Shown here in pieces: positions 13,050-26,100 of a DNA stretch of 64,000 nucleotides. Below the pieces are notes generated by a model. The model made no database searches and was not told where the DNA came from. It worked only from the letters and a program-made list of their open reading frames with translations. Both the position numbers and the translations under genes were made by a program. The DNA is from Camelus dromedarius. Taxonomy: Eukaryota. The stretch is taken from NCBI RefSeq assembly GCF_036321535.1, contig NC_087437.1, forward strand, positions 85,252,001 to 85,316,000, written 5' to 3'. Position 1 is the stretch's first letter, and each line of letters opens with the position of its first letter.

Positions 13050-14430
13050 CCAAGGAAAACATTGAAATGAGTACCTACATATGTACCTTTTCCTTTGACA
13101 CATCAGATGTTAACATTGGCCACATGAGCTTTATTCCTCTTTCTCTTTTTCTAATATAGTTCTGGATCTAGCACAGATGTATACTTGGCTTCAGTTGAAT
13201 AATTTATGTTAACTTGCTAATGTTGTGATATGTTACTCCTAGTTACTTTAACATGCATCTCTAAATAAAAAGTGCATTTTTCTGCTTAATCATAAAACAT
13301 TCAAGAGCTTCAACTTAATGAAATTATCTAGTAAACAGATTATTTTTTCCTATTGATTCAGTAACGTCCTTTATGTCTGGTTTATAATTTTTTTAAATCC
13401 CAAATCTAACCAAGGACCATGCAATGAATTTAGTAGGCATTTCTTTTTCTCCTTTGATCTCTTTAATCTTTCTTTTTAATCTCCCTTAATCTCTTTTTCC
13501 TTTGATCTCCTTTAAAATAGAACAGTTTCCTTGATTTCCTGTTTTTCCTGTCTTTGATATCTTAGTTCAGGTTTTCCTGAGTGTGTGTTGTATGTCTCCC
13601 AATTTGAATTTGATTACTATCTCCTTATTCAGATTAAACATCCTTTGTGAAGAGTTCTGTAAAAATTATATGTCATTTTCAGTTCCTCACACGAATAAAG
13701 CCATAAAGTCATTTTGTAGTATTATTGTAGATACTAAGTTTGATTACTAGATTTAAGGTGGTGTCCAGATTTCTTCACTGTAAAAGTATAATTTTATAAT
13801 GTTAATTAGTAATCACATTATCAAATACACAGTTACTAAAATAATTACTGATGTCTAAGTCAGTCAGTTAATACTCTGATGACTGAAAAATGTGAAACTC
13901 TGTATCTATCATTCTTTTTAAATTATTGGCATTTTTTTCTTTGGAAGAGCTTTTTTCTTCCAAACTCTTGGATGCATGTGTATCTGTGTGTGTGTATATG
14001 TGTGTTTGTGTGCCACATGTAGTTAATGCTTATGTTTTATTCACTTCACTATAATCTACTACCATGATTGTTATTTTTCAATAATTGTCCCAAATTTGGA
14101 AAGTGAGATTCCTTCAAGATGTTTTCTCTGTCATTTGACATGATCTTCTAAATCTTCAACAACAAAAAACTCTCATCATTTAGAGTGGTGTAATATTTAG
14201 AAATCAAATTCTGGGCAACTAGACCTACAGAGTATTACATTAGGGCAGCATTGTTTCTAGGCTTTTCAGTAGACAGGGTTAATGGAAGTGAGTTGCTGCT
14301 AATAACTCCATTCAAACCAGCATCACTGTGCTCTTTTCCTTCTTTTTCTCTCCACTTTTGCGCTTTCCATAGTGATAGAATCTGATTATTCAATAACACC
14401 AATATATTTAAATATGTACTATATACTTTG
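13050..14430 (-). mobile_element. Ancient L1MC/L1ME-type 3'UTR fragment
   Basis: Degenerate phrases such as aatctaaccaaggaccatgcaatgaatttag and tttagaaatcaaattctgggcaactag, typical of antisense L1MC4/ME 3' ends. Confidence 0.55.
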
Positions 14431-14679
14431 ATCCCATAAACCTGTAAAGAGGCAATGTGAGTCAGCGCCTGCTTTGCTGGGGTGGTGAAAGCAGGGCCTA
14501 ACTGGAAACTCTATGCATACACACCCAAAGGCCCTTACGGTAAACCTCAGTAGGGACTGCCTGCTTTAAAATGTTTACATGGAATCAAAATTATATTAGC
14601 AAGCCATTATTTTAAAAATCTTGGACCAGATGAAGGAAAGAAAGAAAATATAAGCAAAGAAATATAAACTATAAACATA

Positions 14680-15130
14680 GAAATTATAAAACTAAAACAG
14701 AATAATGAATAAAAACTGAATAACAGGAAAAGTCTCATTAGATTGTCTCAACAAGAGAATGGAGATGGCAGACTTAGTGATCATTGAACTTGAGGATGTA
14801 TCAATTAAATTTATTCATCTGACCAATAGAGAGAAAATAGGAAAACAAAAAGCCTCAGGTGCCTGTGGAACTATGACAAAAGAAATAACACTCATGTCAG
14901 AATCCAACAGGAAAGGAAAATAGAGAGTGGAATTGAACAAGTATTCAAGGAAGTAGTGTCTAAACTCTTCCCAAATTTAATAAAAGATATGAACAAACAG
15001 GTTCAATAGGCTAAGTAAAACTCAAAGAGAATAAATTCAGAGAAATCCAAGACACGTTATAATTTAAACTTCTAAAGAAGTTCACCTTCTACAGAAAAGA
15101 AAAATATCTTGAAAGCAGCCAGAGAGAAAT
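14680..15130 (+). mobile_element. Old L1M ORF1 fragment
   Basis: ttgaacttgaggat, gcctcaggtgcctgtggaac, cttcccaaatttaataaaaga and tcttgaaagcagccagagagaaa (ILKAARE), all hallmark ORF1 stretches. Confidence 0.8.
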
Positions 15131-15327
15131 TATGCAAATCATCTACATTATGAATAATTATAGACCCCTATGGTGGGACAAATTTCTCTAAGTTAATCTA
15201 TAAATGACTAGAAAAAAAACTAGTAGAAGGATCTGGAAACCCATGAGGAAGTTGTTGTCATAAATACTGTACTCTTTCATAAGCAAAAGGAAATAAGAAT
15301 TTAGTTTTGTCCATTACAAGAACATAA

Positions 15328-15402
15328 GAGAAGGAAAGAAAGGAAGGAAGAAGGAAGGAGAGGGAGACAGAGAGAGAGGGAGGGAACAGAGAGAAAGAAA
15401 GT
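15328..15402. repeat. Polypurine (GA-rich) low-complexity tract
   Basis: gagaaggaaagaaaggaaggaagaaggaaggagagggagacagagagagagggagggaacagagagaaagaaag. Confidence 0.85.
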
Positions 15403-17183
15403 GCAGAACACAGGTTAGTAACAGAGGAAAAAACTTTGCAGGCAACAGTACCAACGTGAGAAGTTAGAATAATTAGAGCATTAAGAGCCATGGGGATTAA
15501 TGGAACAACAAAGATATTCACCTAAGAACTTCTACAAATCTGTATAATGGTTGAACATCTTTATCAAATGTACTTCTTTACTGGAAGGATGGGAATATTG
15601 CAAGGTCAGTGCCCTTTAAAAATTACTCCTCTTTCTAATTATTTTATAACTGGTGGTTTACTCCTTTTAATTGAGCTCTTGGCAGAGAACATTGTTTTTT
15701 ACATCACCATGGATTATCTTTTTGGTAAAATATCTTTGTCAGTTCTGTAACTTGAATTGAACTAGCATCGTATTCTTTAGGGACTGAGGAGAGGCGTGCA
15801 TTTGTTTCAGCTCAGGGTGAGATCTATCTATCATCTATCTACCTATTTACCTGGTCCTGTTTCTCAGTGCCTGCTGCCCACCATACCCCTTGATGTGGTC
15901 ATCTTTTGGACCCTGACTTGTTTGCTCCATCAGAGGAGCAAAATTTGCTGCTTGCAGAACTCCATGCAGCTGCCAGATGAAGAATTCCTTGCCTTTGCAC
16001 GTCTCCAAGTAGAAGGCTGTAAATGGAAAACATGCTTTAGTGTACTTTCACAAACTTCTGGGGAATAGGGAGAAGAAGGCTTTAAATGAGTAGTATGAGT
16101 CGGCAAGGAAGGCAGGTGGATGATGCAGAAGTTCTGAGTACTCAGTGGCATCAGCCTTTCTGTCAATCTAAATAAGATGTACTGGTTTTTCTTGCATTGA
16201 GACAAGAAAGATGTAAATTATATGACACTTAGGTTTCCCTTCCCATGTTGGCATTCATCAGCTGAAGACCTCACTTCCTTGCCTTTTGTCAGGTGACCAG
16301 TGCAGCTACTTCCATCCTATTATCTTCATACAGGGGCACAGGCTTTCACTAAGTCAATTATTCCCTGATCAGGTCTCTATCAAGTCTGTTTTCCTATCTA
16401 CATGGGATATGGATGATGAGAGACTCCTGGAGGAGGGAGCTGGGCTAAGACATGAAATAGACTCAAGTCTGGGCCATAAAATACAGAAACCTTTGTCATG
16501 AAACAGAGCAGTGGTTCATCACCAGGTAAATAAATCGTGCCCTCACCCCCAAAATCCACTAAAGAGGGGGAACTACATGCCTAAAAGACCATCACCTTCT
16601 TCAAGGATACAGGGGATGTACAGGGAGCAGGGACAGAGAAAGGAGGAGAGTTCTGAGAAAGGGTGGGTGCCTGCAATTCTCACATTTACTCTTCTGTTTT
16701 TTCAAGAGTTTCTTCTGGTTATCAAAGTAATTTTTACTTTTCTTCTTAGAATGATATCCCTTAAATATCAGTAACTAATTTACTTGGGATGAGATCAAAC
16801 ACTCCAGCAAATATATTAATTAATTCAAACTGAACTTAGGCTACTGGAAGCCCAGATTCTAATATATCCATTCAAAATACGACAGAAAGACATTAGCTAT
16901 TTAAGAGAAAGACCTATGGGCAACATGTCTGGTTTTTCATATTTTCCAACCATGTAATGATCTTGGTGGAATTTTTAGAACCTATATTGCCCATGCTTAC
17001 TCAAGAGTAAAATCTTGAATTTGGAGGTGGTTCACCCTGCTAGTATTCCAAAGGATCAGAGAGCTAGAAGGGACTTTTAAAAATATATTTCAGGATCTTT
17101 TACCTGACTGTTGTGTGGCCACAGAGCTTTAGCTGGTTCGTTTAGTTCAAGGACTGCCAGACAGCCACCTCTGTTACTATAAT

Positions 17184-17870
17184 TGTTAGGGAAGTATAAT
17201 TAAAAACAAAGTCTCCTCTTAACCCAGGAAACTTCTGACATACAAGGGAAAGAAAACATGTTCATTATTGAATAAGCACTTAGCCAGAATGTGATGTGCA
17301 TCATAGGCAATTCTAAGAGACTCCAAAGACAAAGATATCTCACTCTTTTGTGTAGCTAGGCAGATATAACCCATTACATACATGTTCTCAAGATAAACAA
17401 TAACTAGTTTTCAAGTAAGAGGACTTGGCAGCACTATTTACTACATGTAGTTTATCTTAAATCCACCTTATAGTTGGGGTGACCATCTGTGGTATCTGGC
17501 TTTATCCAAAGGAAAAGTAAACTTTATCTTTATTAGTGCAGGTAGTTTTGTAACTTGGAGCAAGGTATCCGCAAAAGTTAGGGTCCCACCCTCCCTAGAA
17601 ACTGGGAGATAGGGGCCATGTCGTCCTTGGTGAGTACATTTCAAAGGGATGGCTCCCAGGTCCATGAGAGAGAGAGACATTCCTGGGTCATAAAGCTGAA
17701 GAGAGGCTTATTTGGCTTTCAAAAGATTTGCATATATTTCAAAGAAACAGATAAGAACTTACTACTACAAGTTTTCTAACGTAAAAGCTCTAAGAAAAGG
17801 TAGTTTCATCCCTTATTTTCAACAGGAAGAATTAAGCTTCTTATTTTTTCATTTAGTCTTTGACCATACA
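17184..17870 (-). mobile_element. MER39/MER39B-like ERV1 solo LTR
   Basis: TG...CA termini. Minus strand reads tgtatggtcaaagactaaatgaaaaaataagaagcttaattcttcctgttgaaaataaggga...gacctgggagccatccctttgaaatgta...cccctatctcccagtttct, matching the recalled MER39 consensus. Confidence 0.8.
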
Positions 17871-17989
17871 AAGGTGGAAAAGAGGACATCTACTTTCTAT
17901 TTGTTGGGGGAAGGGAGCACTTCCTATTTTGTTTTCTAAATATTTCAGAACTTTTAAGCACAATTTTTTTTTACAACATTAAAGATTTT

Positions 17990-18270
17990 ATCTCAAAAAC
18001 ATATTGTAAAAAGAAGCCAGACACAAAAGGTACTACTTTATGGTTTTATTTTTAGGAAGTCCATGACCTGGCAAAAGTTGATGTGACAGAAATGGAGTGA
18101 TTATCTGTAGGGCATGGATTGGGCAAGAATGAACTAACTTAGGTGGAGGAACTATCCCATATCTTATTTTGAATGATGAGTATATAGGTTATACAATTGT
18201 CAGAACTTACATGAATAAATACCTAATATCTTCAGATTTTAATATATATTTTACATTTCAGTTTTAAAAC
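17990..18270 (+). mobile_element. Old L1MB/MC-type 3' end fragment
   Basis: tctcaaaaacatattgtaaaaagaagccagacacaaaagg...ttgtcagaacttac, a typical old L1 3'UTR. Confidence 0.7.
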
Positions 18271-18389
18271 ATTTTATCTTAGAGTGAAGCTGATTCCAAT
18301 TTCTCCAGCATTTCTGTTATTGCATTTACATTTGGCTTTGTATTATTTTCATGTAGTAGCCATGTGCTTCTTTTAAGGTGGTAAGAAAT

Positions 18390-18480
18390 TTAAAGGCAGG
18401 TACTGTGTCTTCTCTACTCTTATTTCTTTCTTTTAACACTTGATATGTGTTACATGTATCAAGTACTCAATAAATATTTG
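18390..18480 (+). mobile_element. L2 3' end
   Basis: aaggcaggtactgtgtctt...gtactcaataaatatttg (L2 tail). Confidence 0.6.
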
Positions 18481-18559
18481 CCCTTTTTAATTTAGGGTCT
18501 TTTTCAGTGATACATAATACTTATTAAGATACAAGTTTTCACAAAATAGGTGGACCTTT

Positions 18560-18715
18560 TCATTCATTATTTATTCATCCATCATTTATTTTTATTTTAT
18601 TTATTTTCTCCTTAAATATTTCCTGAGCATTTATGATCTGCCAAAGTCTGTTAGGCACAGTTATACAACAGTGAATCAGACAAACATGTAGGCTGTCCTG
18701 GTGGAATCATCTACA
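18560..18715 (-). mobile_element. L2 3' end, tail-to-tail with the previous L2
   Basis: tcattcatt...aaatatttcctgagcatttatgatctgccaaagtctgttaggcacag...cagtgaatcagacaaac. Confidence 0.65.
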
Positions 18716-19847
18716 ATAATCTGAATACAGTAATATTTCCCTGGTCATATTACCCTGTTACTTTGTTGTCTTTTAATGTTGTGGAAAAATTTAAAATATC
18801 AGAACTGAAATTATATATATTTATATATATATATTTACTTTTGCTGTAACTTTTGCCATTTTTTCTTCCTACCATGGTCTTACACTAACAAATTCCCAAT
18901 TATGTTTGAAAGGTGTTAGCGATTTTTAACAGATAAGCCCAATCTCATAGGTTATAGAAGGTCTTACACACTATCAAGTTAAAACCTATCTACTTACCTA
19001 TCTTTTTATTTTGATAACAGTTTACTGTTCATGAGAAATACAGATATATCTCCAATTATGCTTACATGTACATGAAAAACTGTAGTAAACAAATCACGTT
19101 AAAGTGACAGCAGTTTGTGCATTTTGATATGTTTACGCTTTATCTGAATAAATTTAGAGCACAAAATTGTTCACCATAGCAATTTATATAACTGCAATTT
19201 TAACAAATAACTGTTGTTGGGAAGAAAAAATACAATACCTGAAGCATGCATTTCACTCATATTTGAAGTTTAATTTACTCTAAACTGAACAAGCTAAGAA
19301 TTTTGGACAGCTGTTAGAATGTTTAGCGTATCCTAAGATACATCAACACAGAATCTTAATTGCAAAAACAAGTGTGTATTAATGATTTTCATTAATCACC
19401 CATTACTCAAGCATTATGATCAATTAGAAGCACTGAGTTTCTGGAAGACGGTGATCAGAACAATAAAGGTTTTGGAAATAATAAAAACTCACTTAACCCT
19501 CATGCCAACTCTGAAACAGAGGTAGTATCATCCATATACTTAATTGATGAGAGATACTAACTTTCTCAATCTCAGACCATGTTGTGGAGTCTGATGTTGG
19601 AGTACCAGTTTAGATATCTCTTGACCATAAAGGCCATTCTCTTAAACTGTTGCATGCTATTTATTCATCTCTTTACCAGCAAATATTTTACAATTAAAAG
19701 TAATTCACAATATTGTGAAAGAAAGAAACTTGAATGCGAGACATGTTGACATCTTATTTAAAAATAGTCTGTAAATATCCAGTGCAAAGTAAAAAAAAAA
19801 AAAAAAAAGTTCATCAGTGAGAATAGGTTTAAAAGAAGCAGCTGAGC

Positions 19848-19850
<3 letters not shown>

Positions 19851-19892
<42 letters not shown>
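19851..19892. repeat. (TG)21 microsatellite
   Basis: Direct reading; an A18 tract at 19791-19808 precedes it. Confidence 0.97.
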
Positions 19893-19895
<3 letters not shown>

Positions 19896-21684
19896 TTATG
19901 TTATGCCTAAAGTACTGTTTGGATTATATGTTCTGTCTGATTTAGTTTCTTCTCTTGGAACATTAAATAAATTTAAATAGATTTCAGACAATCACTCTCC
20001 CTACCCAAAAATAATCAGCAGTCTCTCTAAATACCAAGTAGATTCCAAATTTATAAAAGAAAGCCACACATTCTTGTTGAGCTTTCATTCTTGTAATGTG
20101 AAGGAAAAGAAGAACAGGCCATGACTAAATTTCATGCTCTCATGAACCTCAAAATAATTTACAGTGTTATCAGGGCATTCATACAGTTTCCTTATCACCT
20201 CCCTGTTGTAGTGCACAGGTATGCCAGATGGAAGACAAAATTTCAAGGCAAAATAAACTCCATACATTTAACAATGAGCTTATGGCAAAAATTATCTTGA
20301 CATACATATTAAATATCATATATGGCATGTTTATTTTATATATCATATAAAACTGTATATTTGAAACAAAAACCTACAGTTCAAAAAACTGAACAAAGAA
20401 ACTGCATTTAAAATGTATTACATTCAAGTTGTTATATTTTATTTTGCTTTCTAGAATTCATAATAATTTTGTACACCAAGTTTGGTACAGACATTTTTGT
20501 AGTCAGAGTGGGTCATTGTATAAAAAAGTAATTTGGGGGCAGACTTAAAATGTAGCCACTGCCAACATATGTCTATTTTGGTTTGCCTCCACTCCCATCT
20601 TCCTTTAAGTTGAGCATTACAGTCAGGAAAAAGTAAATGGACACTCAATTATTGTTTGTTTCAGCATTGTTTTTTCTTCTAGATACAAATAAAACATTCA
20701 GAAGAGATGAAATGAGACAAACTGTAAATAAAAGAAAGAATAGAATGGGAAATTATCTGATAGACCAACTTGGAGATAAATTCAAAATATCTCTGGGAAA
20801 TTCTATACTCATGAGTGGATGAGAGAGGATGACACTACATATTCACAATAACTTTGTGGGATAATCCCAGAAAGAAAAATAGAAGTTAAATAAAAGACTC
20901 AAAAGAAAGCAAATTAACTCTTATTTCAAAAACCCAGATGCATTAGTTTTTAATGTTTTTAATGGGCCTTCAAAATCTAAGCTTCTTTGTGGTACGCATA
21001 TTAAAATAATGTGCTTCCCCTTAACTGAATATGTATTGAAATAAAGATCTGAGATTTACTGCTGCAAATTCATGTAGTAAGGGGTACCTGTGTACCCAAT
21101 AAATAGTATGATATACCCTGAACTAGGAAAACAGGGAGAGTCTTTATAGCCAGATGTTTGCCTGAATTCTGAGTAATCCAGAGATTCATTTATGTTTATG
21201 TGGTAAAACTCAGAGAGTTAATCTGGTATTTGATTCTCAGTTCTTGCTGCTGTCATTCCTCCTAAGGTCTATATCCTCCTACTTTAGAGCCTGGCTCAAG
21301 ATGTATTTCTACCCAAAACATTCTTCCATAAAACATATTTTTGTAAATACTTCAAGAAATTTAATTTTTCTTCCCAAATCTCTTCTGCCATGATATCAGT
21401 ATTCTGGATCACACCCATTGGAAAGCAGCCCTTCTCAGATCAGACCTGAGGTGCCAAACAACAGTATATAGATAATGAATCACTTTAGTGAGCAGCACAA
21501 TGTCAATTTAGTTCCATCTATTCTTATCTGTCCAAGACACATGCTCGCAGTTATTATAAGAGGCTTTTTTCCTAACCCTAAATTTGCCTAAAGCCTACCA
21601 TAACTACCTATTTATTCAATCTTTCTTACATGCTCAAAAAAAATCCTAAAACTGTTTCTTTTTAAATTCTATAAACTTGTGCAA

Positions 21685-23177
21685 AAAAATCAGATATTTC
21701 AAAAGTGTGCTGCTGGCAAATAACCATATGAAAAGATAATCAATCATTTGGTAAATTCAAACTAAAATCATTATGAGATACTTCTACATACCTAACAGAA
21801 TGAATAAAACAAAGGCAATAGCAAGTGCTGTTGAAGATGGAGAGTAACTGACATGGGCATGTATTTCTAGTGTGATAAAATTGTTATAGCTTCTTGGGAA
21901 AACAGTTTGACAGAACATTAATTTCCCAGACCTGCTATAAGAAAATACTACACACTTGGTCATTCAAAACAACAGAAACTTATTCTTGCAGTTCTGAAAT
22001 CAAGGGTAGGGCTGGTTCCTCCTGAGGGCTCTGAGAGAGAGGACTTGTTCCATGCCTCTCTCCTAGCTTCAGGGAATTGCGCACACTCCATGGCATTACT
22101 TGGGTTATGGAGTCATCACTCCAGTCTCTGCCTTCGTTTCACATGGCTTTCTCCCTGTGTGTCGCTATTCAAATTTCCACTTTTTATAATGACACCATTC
22201 ATTAGATTAGGGCCTATTCTACTAATCTCATTTAACTTGATTACGTCTGTAATGACCCTAATTCCAAATAAGGTTACATTCTGAGGTGCTAGGGGTTAAG
22301 GCTTCAACATGTACTTTTTCAGGAATACAATTCAACTCCTAACAGGCTTTTTTTTTTTTTTTTTAATTTAAAAAACGTACAGATACCATATAACTTAGTC
22401 ATCACCCTCAAACATATTATTTACTCAAGATAAAGAAAAACATATTGACATGGAAATCTTTACATAAACATTTATAGTGGAATTTATTGATAATCACCCA
22501 AAACTGCAAACAGCCCAGCTCTCCATCAACTGGTAAACTGATAAACCAAGATATGCACAATGGAATGCTTCTCAGCAATACAATTAAACATGCTACTATT
22601 TCACAAAACAACATATGTGTGCATCTTAAATGCATTTTACTGAGTAAAAGTAGCCAAATCCAAAAGTGTATACGCTGTATGGTTCCACTGATATGACATA
22701 TGGAAAAGGTGAAAATATAGGGATGGAATATATCTTATAATTTCTTGAGAGTGCTGTTGGTCAAAAGGGTTTTCTCCAGGAGCATTTAGGGATAATGGGG
22801 CAGTTTTTATGATGACCATGGTGGTTTAAACCATTTCTTCTCCATGTCTTTGTCAAAACTCATAGAACTCCACCCTACACAGAATAAATTTTAATATATA
22901 GTAATGTAAAAAATCAACACGAATTTGTGTGGGGCAGTGGATGGTCTTCACTCTTGCTATGAAAAATTAATCAAACGTTATTACAAATGAATCAATAAAA
23001 ACATGATTAAGGTGCAGAAGAAAATAATCTAAGTAACTTTGAAAAATATTTTGACTTTACATTGTAACTCTAAAGACAAAAAAAGAGCTAAGCACAAACC
23101 CAGTTATCTAGTTAATATATATGTATAAGTTTCTTACAGGGTTTGAATTAATAATATTAAAATGACTTTGTGTATTC
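21685..23177 (+). mobile_element. Old L1MC-type 3' portion, interrupted by MLT1C and then by the 23178 L1; resumes at ~30255
   Basis: ORF2-end and 3'UTR phrases (aaccatatgaaaaga, tgagatacttctacatacctaacagaatg, aaagacaaaaaaagagctaagcacaaac). Continuation ttctaagattgaa follows the right TSD. Confidence 0.75.
21915..22344 (-). mobile_element. MaLR solo LTR, MLT1C-like
   Basis: aaaacaacagaaacttattc...tgttccatgcctctctcctagcttc...ttccaaataaggttacattctgaggtgctaggggttaaggcttcaacat...aattcaactcctaaca. Confidence 0.9.
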
Positions 23178-26100
23178 TTTTTCTCTAGTTTTACTGAGAA
23201 ATAATTGACGTATGTAACTATAAGTTTAAGGCATATGGCATGATGGTTTGATTTACATATATTGTGAAGTGATTACCACAGTAGGTTCAGCTAAAATTAG
23301 TCTTTTCATATAGGTCAATAAAAAAATGGAAAATAAGAATTTTCTTTTTGTGATGATGAGAACTTTTAGGATTTACTCTCTTAACAAATTTCCTATATAT
23401 CATATAGCAGTCTTAGCTATAGTCTTCATGTTTTACTCTATATCATTAATACTTACTTACTCTATAACTGGTTATTTGTACCTTATGACTGCCTTCCTCT
23501 CATTCTCCCTCCCCCCACCCTGCACCTCTGGTAACCACAGGTTTGATCTCTTTTTCTAGTAAGTTTGTTCCTTTTAGACTTCACATATAATGGTGTTTAT
23601 ACAGTATTTCTCTTTCTCTAATGTCATTTAACATGGATGGATCTTGAAGACATTTTGCTATCACAACTGTAACATTTCCTCATTTTTATGGCTGCATAAT
23701 ATTACAACACACACACACACACCACAACTTCTTTAGCCATTCATTCATTAACGGACACTTAGGTTGTTTCCATGTCTTGGCTATTATAAATAACACTGAT
23801 ATGAACATGAGGGTAGAAATATCTTTTCAAGTTAATGTTTTTATTCCTTTTAGATATATTCTCAAAAGTAGAATTGCTGGATCATGTGGTAGTTCTATTT
23901 TTTGTTTTTTGAGTATCTTCCATACTTTTTTTCTTAGTGGCTGTACCAGTTTACATTCCCACCAGTGCTGCATGAGGGTTCACCTTTCTCCGCATCCATG
24001 TCCCTATTTGTTGCCATTATTTTAATCGTGGCCACTCCAACAGGTGTGAGGTGATATCTCATTGGGGTTTTAATTTTCAATTCCCTAATGACTAGTGATA
24101 GCAAGCACCTTTTCATGTACCTATTGGACTTTTGTATATATTCTTTGGAGAAATGTCTTTTCAAGTTCTTTGAACATTTTTAAATTGGGTTATTTGGTTT
24201 TTTGCTATTTAGTTGTATGAGTTCTTTACATATTTTAGATATTAATCCCTTATCAGATACATTATTTTCAAATATATTTTCCTCTTCAGTAGGAAGCCTT
24301 TTGTTTTGTTGAGAGTTTCTGTTACTGTACAAAAGCTTTTTAGTTTAATGTAGTCCCATTTAGTTTTGCTTTTGTTGTGTGTATTTTAGGTGTCATATCC
24401 AAAAAAACCATTACCAGGATCCATGTCAAAGAGCTTTATTCATAATTTTTTTAGGTGTTTCATGGTTTCAGGTCTTACACTTAAGACTTCAATTCATGTT
24501 GAGTTAATTTGTGTGCATGGTGTAAGATCTTGGTCCAGTTTCATTCTTTCACATATTATACATTCATATACAATTATCCCAGCACCATTTGTGTGAAAGA
24601 GTATTCACTGAGTATTCTTGGCTCCACTGTAAACGTTAGTTGACTATATATGCTTGGGTTTATTTCTGGGTTCTCAGTTCTGTTCCATTGGTTTGTTTGT
24701 TTTTAATGCCAGTACATACTGTTTGGATGACTATAGCTTTATAGTATAGCCTGAAATTAGGAAATGTATTGCCTCTTGCTTTCTTCTTCTCAGGATTTCT
24801 TTAGCTACTCAGGGTCTTTTGTGGTTCCGTATGAATTGTACGAGTGATTTTTTCCAACTTCTATTAAAAATGCCATTAGAATCTTGACAGGGATTGCATT
24901 GAATCTACAGATGGCTTTTAGTAGTATTGATATTTTAACACTATTAATCCTTCCAATCCATGAACATGAGGTACCTTTCATTTGAGTCTCCTTTGATTTC
25001 TTTTATCCATATTTTGCTTTCAGATAGGGCATTTTGCCTCCTAAGGTAAATTTATTCCTAAGTATTTTATTATTTTTGATGCTATTGTAAATGAGATCAA
25101 TTTCTTTATTTCTTTTCCAGAAAATTTGCTGTTAGTGTATAGAAACACTACTGATTTTTGTATGTTATTTTTGCATCCTGCAAATTTACTGAATATATTA
25201 ATTAGATCTAAGTTTTTTAGTTAAGTCTTCAGAATTTTCTCATGGGAAATCATGTCATCTGCAAATAGAAACAATTTTACTTCTTCTTTTCCAGTTCTGA
25301 TTCATTTAACTTCTTATTACCTGATTGCTCTAGCTAGGACTTATAGTACTAAGTAGAATGGGAGTGGTGAGAGTGGGCACCCTTGTCTTATTCCTGATCA
25401 CAGAAGAAAAGTATTCTAACTTCATCACAGAGTATGATGGCAGCTATGGGTCTGTCATATATAGCCTTTATTATGTTGATATATGTCCCTTCTATACCTA
25501 GTTTATGAGGTGTCTTTCATCATGAATGGATTCTGAATTTTGAAAATGCTTTTTCTGCATGTATGAAGTGATCATGTGATTCTTTCATCCTATTAATGTA
25601 ATTATCACATTGATTGCTTTATGCTGAACCATCCTTGCATTCAAATGATAAATTCCATTTGATCACGGAGAATGAAATTTTTAATGTGCTGCTGAATTTG
25701 GTTTGCTAGCATTTTATTGAGAATGTTTACATTTATACTCATCAGGGATATTGCTTTATTTTTCTATTCATAGTCTCTTCTGATTTTGGTATCAGGACAA
25801 TGTTGGCCTCATAAAATGAGTTTAGAAGTGTTCCTCCTCTTCAATTTTTTTGAAGAGTTTGAAGAATATTGGCATTAATTCGCCTTTAATGTTGGATAAA
25901 ACACACCAGTGAAGCCATCTGGTTGTAGTAGTCTCTTTATTGAGAGAATTTTTAATTACTGATTCAATCTCTGTACTAGTAATTAGTCTATTCAGATTTT
26001 CTATTTCATCCTGATTTAGTCTTGCAAGGTTTACGTTTCTAAGAATTCTTCCATTTTCTAGGTAGTCCAGTTTGTTGGTGTATAGTTGTTCATAGTATCT

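Noticed and set aside
13441..13513. Imperfect ~10-bp tandem repeat (cctttgatct-like)
   Set aside because: Short pyrimidine-rich slippage inside an old L1; no evidence of function.
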